From assembly GCA_964016885.1 (NCBI GenBank), contig OZ024740.1, positions 265,422,001-265,486,000 on the forward strand: a DNA stretch of 64,000 nt, read 5' to 3'. Origin of the DNA: Eledone cirrhosa (taxonomy: Eukaryota). The notes under the pieces were generated by a model, which was given only the letters and a program-made list of their open reading frames with translations, was not told where the DNA came from and did not search any database. Positions within the stretch are counted from its first letter, which is position 1. The number at the start of each line of letters is the position of its first letter. Positions 54,046-64,000 of the stretch are shown in pieces. The translations under genes were made by a program, and so were the position numbers.

Positions 54046-55137
54046 CCACAAATACCATCAAATCTTAAATAGGTCTACAGTTAAATTCTCATACTCTACA
54101 ACAAATAACATAAAACAAAATATAAGTGCCTATAATGCATATAAATGTAAGAAAACCATAAGTATACCACCAGTACATCAAATTAACCATAATATCTCCT
54201 CAAATACAGAATTAACGAAAGGTTGTAACTGTAGAAACAAAGCAAACTGCCCATTAAAAGGGAATTGTCTTGTTAACAACATAGTCTATAAATGTAATGT
54301 TAAAACTAAAGATTCTATTTGCTCATATATAGGAGCTACCTCTAACAATTTTAAGACAAGGTTTAATACCCACAAGCATAGTTTTAAAAATGCCGCACTG
54401 GCTAATACAACATCTCTAGCAGAAAAAATCAATAGTTATAAAAATAAGAATATAGAATATGATTTGACCTGGAGTGTGCTCAAAAGAGCCACCCCTTATC
54501 AAAATAATAGAAATGAATGTAGATTATGTTCCCAAGAACTATTTGAAATAATGAAATCTAAGGATATCCTATTAAATAAACGACAGGAATTAATTATATC
54601 GTGTAATCATAAACTAACAAAAACATTTAAATATTATAAACCTAATTAATAACATTATTTTAGAAATTAATTTAATTTAAATGTTAGTTAACCTATAAAT
54701 TTAATTTAATTAAAATTCTATTACAGATGAGAATATAAAATATTGTGTAATCATAAATTGTGAAAAACCTTTAAATATTACTAATATATACTTAGTAATT
54801 TAATTTATAGATTAATTTTAATTTATTTAAACCTTTTATTAAAATTCCTTTACAGATAAAATATAACAAAATATCGTGTATCCAATGACAGAGAAATAAT
54901 TTTTAGTATTATAGACCTAATTAATATACATTTTAGAAATATATTTATAATTTGGTTTTAAATTTAGTCAACCTAAAAATTTAATTTAATTGGCTTAAAA
55001 TTAGTATCCTTATACAGACGGATTGCAGAATGTCATGTAATCATAGAATGGGATGTGTTTTGGATATATACCTAGTTAATATATTCTTTGCAATTTTTGA
55101 AAAAATATGTATATGTATGTATGTATATGTATGTGTA

Positions 55138-55186
<49 letters not shown>

Positions 55187-56014
55187 GTATATATATATGT
55201 GTATGTATATGTATATGTATATGGATTAATTTTGATTTCTATTTGCATATAATTATATTCTGCTATTGATAAAATACAATATCTGTTTTATTTATTATAT
55301 ACCTAATTAACATATACTATAGAAATTAATATATAATTTTTAATTTAGTTAACCTATAATTTATATTCTACTACCGATGTAATACTTTATTTGTTTTTTC
55401 CCTATTACTAAATTCATTTCCTAATATTGATACCATAACGTTATTAACTTTAATTTAGTTATACTATAATTAATACTCTACTACTATTTAACTTCAAAAT
55501 TCTGCTTCAAATATTATAAACCTAACTAATTTACACCTTAGAAATCAATATGTTAACTATCTTTAGTTTAGTTAACATATAATTAATGGTATACTTATTT
55601 ATTTTGAAATGCATAAATTTTGCCTTATTTCTTGTATTTCCTAACACTGAAACTATGTAAAAACATACATTGGATCCAGATACAGATAATATTCTATGTT
55701 TCTTGAAACATATATTTACTATAATCCCCTTCTCCACCCCCCCCCCCCTTTCCCCCATACTATTATCATCTGTGTTTGTAAGCGTGTATGTATGAATATA
55801 TATGTAGGTAGGTGTATATATGTTTGGGTATTTATATCTGAATATAAAAATACATATATGCGCATGCAAATAAGAATGTAAGATTGTGTGTATATATATG
55901 TGTGTATGTATATATATATGTGTATATATGCATGTGTATATATATGTGTGTGTGTATGTGTGTATGTATATATATATGTGTATATGTGTATATGTGTGTG
56001 GGCGTGTATGTGTG

Positions 56015-56055
<41 letters not shown>

Positions 56056-56296
56056 GTGTATGTATGTGTGTATATATGTGTGTGTATATATATGTATGTC
56101 TCTCTATTTATATGTCTATCTTCGTATCTATGTGGGTATATGTGTGTGTGTGCATGTATGCACATGTATGTGTTTACGTGTATATGTGTGTATGTGTATA
56201 TATGTACGTGTGCGCACATATATATATGAGTGTGTGTGTGTGTGTGTGTATATGTATATATATATATATCTATGTGTGTATATATGTCTATATTCG

Positions 56297-56371
<75 letters not shown>

Positions 56372-56943
56372 TATTATTATAATATAACTTATGTGTATGT
56401 GTGTATATGTGAGGGTGTGTATATGTATATATATGTGTATATATATGTGTAAAAAAGATATATGTGTATGTCTGTTTTTTGTGTGTGTGTATATATATGT
56501 ATGTGTATATATATGTGTATGTGTGTGTTTGTATGTGTGTTTATGGTTGTATGTGTGTGTGGGTGTATATATATAAGTGTATGTGTATATATATATGTGT
56601 ATATATATATGTGTATATATATCTCTATTAATGCGTGTATATATGTATATGTATATGCCTTTTTCTTGGTATGTCTGAGTTGTGTGAGGGTGTAGTGGTG
56701 TTTGTATGTATATACGCATATATGGATGCGTATGTATTTGTATATATGAGTATATGTAAGTGCGTATGTATGTATGAATATATATCTAATTCTATGTATG
56801 AGTATATATGTGTATGTATGTATGTTGTGTGTGTATGTATGTATGTGTCTATGTGTGTATATATATGTATATATATGTGTGTATTTGTATGTATGTATGT
56901 GTATGTATGTACATATATGTCTATGTATGTGTGTATGTATATG

Positions 56944-56986
<43 letters not shown>

Positions 56987-57178
56987 TTATTTTATATATA
57001 TGTGTGTGTGTGTATGTGTGTGTGTGTGTATATATATCTTTATATATGTGTATGTGTATGTTCGTGTAGGTGTATGTGTGTGTATGACTATATATGTATG
57101 TGTGTATGTGTGTATGTATGTATATGTATGTGTGTGTACATGTATGTATGTGTATGTATCTATATGTGTGTATATGTG

Positions 57179-57219
<41 letters not shown>

Positions 57220-57522
57220 ATATATATATATATATATATGTATATGTATCTCTATTTGTATATGTGTATGTGTATAGGTATATACCTTTTTCTTTGTATG
57301 TCTGAGTTGTGTGAGAGTGTAGTGGTGTTTGTATGTATATACCGATATATGGATGCGTAAGTATTTGTGTGTATGTATGTATGTATGTCTGTATGTATTT
57401 GTGTGTATATATAGGTATGTATGTGTATATCTGTATGTATATAAATATGTATGTGTATGTATATGTGCGTGTATGTGTGTATATATATGTGTGTCTATAT
57501 AGTATGTGTGATTATATGTGTA

Positions 57523-57577
<55 letters not shown>

Positions 57578-57697
57578 GTATGTGTGTATATGTATATGTT
57601 TATATATGTGTGTGTATGTATGTTCTAAGTGTGGATGTGTGTATATGTATGTGTGTGTTTATATATATATATATATATGTATATATATGTATATATG

Positions 57698-57733
<36 letters not shown>

Positions 57734-58554
57734 CTTGATATATTTCTTTTTTCTTTTTTCTTTTTCTTTTCTTTCCTTTTTAATTTTTATTTTTTATTTT
57801 CTTAGTTTATAGATACATCTATAATAAGCAGTCTGCCCAAACCGTTGAATACTGACCTCTCCCCCCCTCCCACCTAATATCTGTATCTTGATCTAAATGT
57901 GTGTGGCAGTGTTTATGTGAGTGAATTAATATCCATGTGCTTATGATATTATATCCACATATATATATGTGAGTGGGGATGTGTGTGTGTTTGTATGTTC
58001 GTAATTATGTGTATGTTTATGCATATACGCGCGCGTGTGTGTGATTGTACGGATATCTGTGAGTATGAGAATATGTGTATACACTTATCTCATATTTATG
58101 TGTCTATACGCATCTTATCTGTGCATTATAAACTTACAGAGACATTAACCTTGAAATTTTGTATTTGCATCCATCCTTTTGGTATGCGTATACATGTTGA
58201 GCATACATTTTTGTAAAATATGTGTAAGGGTAGTTACATGTATATACACACACCGAACTGCATAAAACCTTTTGTATTTTCATTGGTCAATTTTGTTCCC
58301 AAACGGACCTGAAATTTTGAATTGTTGTTATTATCAATAAATATATTTCATTATTTCTGAAGACGGCGTATATATGTGTTGGTATGTATATTTAATCTTG
58401 ATAGTTTGTATAATTTTGTATAATTTTGTACATAGATCTGTTGAATATGCATGCCAATTCTAACACATATATATCCTAGAAACGATCGTTAAATAATGAA
58501 CTTTTTTTGTTTAATATAAGGAACTGTTTCATTGTTTTATTCATTATTTGTTTA

Positions 58555-58560
<6 letters not shown>
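54041..58560 (+). mobile_element. 5'-truncated PLE (Hydra-clade-like): GIY-YIG ORF ending at 54649, then about 3.7 kb of AT-rich and microsatellite 3' region, then an HHR
   Basis: CNCRNKANCPLKGNC, IVYKC..YIGAT..FKTRF, LTW, CRLC; both ends lie in (TA)n; linkage of ORF to HHR is inferred. Confidence 0.7.
58347..58500 (+). ncRNA. Type-I hammerhead with about 115-nt stem II domain
   Basis: Perfect 10-bp stem I TTCATTATTT/AAATAATGAA; CTGAAGA 58357-58363; TATATATGTGTTG/TAACACATATATA helix; GAAA 58479-58482; palindromic ACGATCGT; GUU 58488-58490. Confidence 0.8.
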
Positions 58561-58640
<80 letters not shown>

Positions 58641-58649
58641 CATTCATAT

Positions 58650-58682
<33 letters not shown>

Positions 58683-58686
58683 GTGA

Positions 58687-58802
58687 AGGCGTGTGGCTGA
58701 CTGGTTAGAGAACTGAATTCGAATCGTGAGATTTTCAGTTCTATTCTTGGACCGGGCGTTGCATTATGTCCTTGAGAAAGACACTTTATTTCACGTTGCT
58801 CC
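58687..58802 (+). mobile_element. tRNA-derived SINE, 5' part
   Basis: A-box-like TGGCTGACTGG, degenerate B box GTTCTATTC, then TGTCCTTGAGAAAGACACTTTATTTCACGTTG. Confidence 0.65.
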
Positions 58803-58892
58803 TTCTACCTGGAGTTTCGACCGATAGATAGTATTAGCAATTGGAAAGACAAACGGAAACATTGTTTCCTAGGTCCGATTTGACGAAACTCG

Positions 58893-58947
<55 letters not shown>

Positions 58948-59184
58948 GGAGGTGAGTTTTATTGTAGTACAATAAAGCAATGCAGATATCGGATAAGAAG
59001 CACTCTACAGTTTGTAGGACTGGAGTATACATAATATATAAGATCAAAAGATGGTTAAAAAAGTTATAATAAAATACATGGAACTCTTTTAACCATCTTT
59101 TGATCTTATATATTATATATATATATACATTCATATATACATATATATATATGCATACATAAATATATATTATTGTTATTATTA

Positions 59185-59217
<33 letters not shown>

Positions 59218-59218
<1 letters not shown>

Positions 59219-61041
59219 TCCTTGAGTCTCAGTCATTGATGTTAGTTAACTGGAAAGTTTGTTGGAATGAATATCAATACACTACCTGCAGCCTCAGATA
59301 TTCAGGACGTATCGGAGGGTTCTTGCTGTTCCCAGCAAGCATGCCTATTGAAGCGTTCCAAAATGCGTGAAGGGGCCGATTTTCTTTAACCATCCCTGGA
59401 AACTTTTGGAGATAGTCCCCAGTGCGCCTATGACAATCGGGATCACTTTGACTTCATGGCAGTTCCAAATCCTTTTTACCTCCCACTTTAAGTCCTGGTA
59501 TCGGTTAATTTTCTCCCTCTCCTTCTCTTGCACTCTCGTGTCGAATGGGCAGGCTACATCTACAATCAGGCACGATCTTTTTTCTTTGTCCACAACCACC
59601 AAGTCAGGTCTATTGTGTTCCAGTTTCTTGTCCGTCTGTATCCTAAAATCCCACAGCACCTTCACCTGATCGTTTTCTATCACCGACTCTGGCTTATGCT
59701 CATACCATTTCTCAGAATGTGGTAAATTGTTTACTTTGCACAGGTGCCAGTGGATCACCCTGCCCATCACATCATGTCTCCAGCCCTTATAGTGGGTCTG
59801 GGCTAGGTGTTTACACTCGTATACAATGTGAGCCACAGTCTCCTCTCTCTCTCCACAGATCCTGCACAGTGGGCTAGCCTCCTCTTTGTAAATATGGTGT
59901 TTCAATCACTTCGTTTTGAGGGCCTGCTCCTGCGCAGCCATTAACATTCCTTCTGTAGCCTTTTTAAGGTCTCCTCTTTTCAACCAGTTCCATGTCTGTG
60001 GATCTCTAAATTCAGTTTTCTCAAAGAAGGTACTATGAAGGGATTTTTCCTGGAGGCTGCTCTTTTTCCTTGGTGTTATTTCCTCCTTGGACATCCCCTG
60101 GCCTATTGTCCCCTCCTTCAGTACAGTTCTGAGCATTGGCTCCTTACTATCAGTCACGTATTTGTGTAGGTTGTTTTTCTCCATCTGAACACAGTCCTCT
60201 ATGCTGATAAGACCTCTTCCACCCTCAGATCTCCTTAAGTAGAGTCTATCGACATCACTCCTCTTGTGGAACATGTTGTAGATAGTCAATAGCTTCCTAG
60301 TCTTCCTATCCATTTCTTTTTGTTCAGCAACATTCCATCTCAGAATTCCCGCACTGTACCTAATAATAGACACAGCTCGGGAATGTACTTCACTTATGGC
60401 ATTCCTACTGTTCTGATGTGAATTCAATACGCTCCTTACTCTCTGAATGTATTCAGTTCTTAACAATTCCTTCTTTTTTTTCTTCTTTATGCCATCAGCC
60501 TCCAGAACGCCCAAATACTTGTATCCCTCCTCAGAGTCAATTTCCTTTATCATCTCACCTGTTGGTATCTGGATTCCGTTACTTCTGCTAAACCTACCCC
60601 CTCCTCATCACAATGACTCCACACTTACTAATACCAAATTGCATACATATATCACTGCTGAAAATACGGACAGTGTCAACAAGCACATCCAACTCCTTCT
60701 CACTCTTCCCGAAGAGCTTAAGATCGTCCATGAAGAAGAGGTGATTGATGGTAAGCCCTCCCTTTCCCAATCTGTATCCTGCTCTCACTTTTCCCAGTAC
60801 ACTGGTCAGGGGCATCAGGGCAAGGACAAACAACAGAGGGGACAGGCTATCTCCCTGGAAGATACCTCTCTTGATCTTCACGCTCCCAAGGATTCTCCAG
60901 TTGATGTCAACTCTGTTTCCCAGGACCTCATACTTTTGCCCAACAACTGTCTGATGTTATCTGCCACCTTGAAGATCTCCAGGCTTTTGGTGATCCAAGA
61001 ATGAGGCACCATGTCAAATGCCTTTCTGTAGTCTATCCATC

Positions 61042-61042
<1 letters not shown>
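59218..61042 (-). mobile_element. 5'-truncated R4/Dong-like non-LTR retrotransposon (RT, CCHC, restriction-like endonuclease) inserted in a (TAA)n array
   Basis: WIDYRKAFDMVPH, GIFQGDSLSPLLF, FMDDLKL, YKYLG, CRICGEREETVAHIVYEC, RPDLVVVD..IVDVACP; (TTA)n on both flanks (59170-59218 and 61043-61110). Confidence 0.88.
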
Positions 61043-61109
<67 letters not shown>

Positions 61110-61402
61110 TCAAAACAGCAGCATCACCTTTGTAAGTAGTCCGATTATTTATTCCTCATACATGTAGGTAGCATGTGTCGATGAGAAGAACAATGGTGAC
61201 TGCCACTATTAATGCTAATAATAAGATAGCTCTCAACATTCCTACTAAAGATGTCGTTATTATTAGTGTTGTTTCTCATGCTTATTTGAGGTGGGGAGCG
61301 ACCATAATCGGTTTCGTGTAAACCCCAGCATGCTTTTAGAAATTGTCACTATATTATATCCCATCAACCGTCGCCATTGTGGCAAAGGGTCAGTCATATC
61401 AT

Positions 61403-61480
<78 letters not shown>

Positions 61481-61820
61481 GATGAGGGGGAGGAGAAGGA
61501 GGAGGAGAAGGAAAAGGAGGAGGTGTACATATATACATATAATTGTGTGTTGGTATATTTTGGTTGCAAGTATATATGTATAAATGGATAGGGAGAGTGA
61601 TATAAATAAATACATGTAGATATATGCAAATATATCTATCTATCTATATATATATATATATATATATATATGTAAAGTTATATTTAAATGTAAAGTTATA
61701 TTTAAAATTGTTGGGTTACAACTAGTAAATATTTATAACTGATATAAAAGCACTCGACAAATATTTGGAGTATATTTACAATATTAAATAAATGGAAAAC
61801 TATATTTATAAAACCATATT

Positions 61821-61886
61821 TATTTCATTATATATATTTCGGGGATATCATATTAACAATATGCTATGCCTTCATCAGACAAAATA
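61821..61886 (-). ncRNA. Type-I hammerhead, left arm of the palindrome
   Basis: Exact mirror of 62053-62118. Confidence 0.65.
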
Positions 61887-62052
61887 CAATATAAACAGTT
61901 TTATAGATAAATATATTCGACATACCGTAATAAACATCAACTTCATTTGAAGAGGTTTACGCTAGCAGTCTACCTAGCGTAAACCTCTTCAAATGAAGTT
62001 GATGTTTATTACGGTATGTCGAATATATTTATCTATAAAACTGTTTATATTG

Positions 62053-62118
62053 TATTTTGTCTGATGAAGGCATAGCATATTGTTAATATGATATCCCCGA
62101 AATATATATAATGAAATA
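62053..62118 (+). ncRNA. Type-I hammerhead, right arm of the palindrome
   Basis: Stem I TATTTTGT/ATGAAATA with G-U pairs; CTGATGA 62061-62067; CATATT/AATATG; GAAA 62099-62102; palindromic ATATATAT; AUA site. Confidence 0.65.
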
Positions 62119-62156
62119 AATATGGTTTTATAAATATAGTTTTCCATTTATTTAAT

Positions 62157-62212
<56 letters not shown>

Positions 62213-62311
62213 TGTGTGTTTGTGTGTGTCCAAATATATATACATATTTTAAATATAGAAATTTGTATAAATATTTTTCATTATTACCCACTTATACACA
62301 CACACAAGCAC

Positions 62312-62359
<48 letters not shown>

Positions 62360-62372
62360 TATATGTGTATGA

Positions 62373-62631
62373 GTGGTGAATGTCGAATGTACGTTCGTGT
62401 ATGTGTGTAAATGGTGAATGTGTAATGTACGTTCGTGTATGTGTGTAAATGGTGAATGTGTAATGTACGTTCGTGTATGTGTGTAAATGGTGAATGTGTA
62501 ATGTACGTTCGTGTATGTGTGTAAATGGTGAATGTGTAATGTACGTTCGTGTATGTGTGTAAATGGTGAATGTCGAATGTACGTTCGTGTATGTGTGTAA
62601 ATGGTGAATGTGTAATGTACGTTCTTGTATG
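62373..62631. repeat. 38-bp minisatellite, about 6.7 copies
   Basis: Unit ATGGTGAATGTGTAATGTACGTTCGTGTATGTGTGTAA at 62411, 62449, 62487 and onward. Confidence 0.92.
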
Positions 62632-63222
62632 TCTCTATTTCACTGTAATGTTGGTGTGTCATCTAAAATACTATTTTCTTGATAAAACTACACACACACA
62701 CACACAAACACACACAACCACCCACACGCACACGAATACTCACAAAGACACACACATACTCATACTCACATAGGCAATTAAATACATATATTCTGTAAGC
62801 ATATTCATATTATTCGAGGCCATACAAGAAGCATATTTATCATTGTAAAAGGACATACTTTAAAACATATACGATATATTTTTTTCATGTAAAATTAAGT
62901 TCTAAAGGAGAAATATTTCTAACAATACAACGTAAACTTGTTTTTTGTAATTGTTTTATTTATCTTTCTTTGCTATTTTTTTCATATGCTAAATCAAAAA
63001 TATTCTTGAAAATTTAGAATATATATTTAAATTTTTTTTCCTAAAACAAATGTATCTAGGAAAATGTCATATATTACAAACTACCCTTCAGTCCAGTGGC
63101 ATTTAAAAAATTGTTTTAAAACTTTATTACATATATGAAGGGTTTTTCTTTCAAAACTGATATTTATAATTATTTATATATTTTATGCGGTTTTATTTAT
63201 GTATGTATGAGATTGAATCCAC

Positions 63223-63390
<168 letters not shown>

Positions 63391-63542
63391 GATAACCATA
63401 CAACAACTATATATATATACAGATATGCATACATGCATGCATATCTCTCTCTATATATACATGAGTACATACATACATATATATATGCATGCGTACATAC
63501 ATGTATACATACATATACATAGTTAAATACATATATGCATAT

Positions 63543-63630
<88 letters not shown>

Positions 63631-64000
63631 GTGTGTGTGTGTGTATGTGTATGTATGTATGTATATATGCATATATGTATTTAACTATGTATATATGTAT
63701 AAATATATGTATGTATGCATGTGTGTATAATTGCTTTTCCTACTGCCTCTCTGTTTTGTTCCCGTTCCATTTTTCACTATATATGTATGTATATATGTAT
63801 ATATGCACTTATTAATGGAATATACAATTTTATTTATTTATCAATCATCTAGACCTGTCTAAATATAAGAATAAGTGTGTATATCGTAAATACATGGATG
63901 CATCACTATGCGCGTTGTATATAAATATATGTTTACGCAGATGTGTGTGAATGAGTGCGCGTGTGTGCAAGTTCCTTTGTATGTTTGGCTTTCTCTATAT

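Larger units (their letters stand above)
61777..62162. repeat. Apparently perfect palindrome with 189-bp arms and an 8-bp spacer (61966-61973), one HHR in each arm
   Basis: ...GGTTTACGCTAG cagtctac CTAGCGTAAACC... Confidence 0.92.

Noticed and set aside
58990-59110. Hammerhead near CTCTACAGTTTGTAGGACTGGAG and the adjacent inverted repeat
   Set aside because: Only stem I and stem III-like pieces remain. The CUGANGA and GAAA boxes are missing.
62373-62631. 38-bp repeat as a CRISPR array
   Set aside because: Units are directly adjacent with no unique spacers, the context is eukaryotic and no cas genes are present.

Overview
AT-rich animal genomic DNA with no recognisable host protein-coding exon. 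The SINE families and the very dense (TA)n/(CA)n/(TATG)n arrays suggest an octopus or other cephalopod, which is an inference. The window is dominated by about ten Penelope-like retroelement (PLE) insertions with RT followed by a C-terminal GIY-YIG domain, from three families. Most belong to a family with GLYRDDGL and CxCx5C motifs that resembles the Hydra PLE clade. Many copies form large head-to-head inverted duplications. Also present are a 5'-truncated R4/Dong-like LINE in a (TAA)n array, tRNA-derived SINEs, a hAT MITE and an RTE remnant. The main hidden signal, found by reading both strands, is roughly 20 type-I hammerhead ribozyme (HHR) motifs from many distinct families, intact or decayed. 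Many have a palindromic stem III, which suggests dimer activity. They occur in PLE pseudo-LTRs, in a 434-bp tandem retrozyme-like repeat, in short fold-back cassettes inserted in (TA)n, and in pairs bracketing kilobase microsatellite mosaics. The microsatellite mosaics appear to be carried inside the PLE 3' UTRs. All structures were folded by eye and none has been tested computationally.
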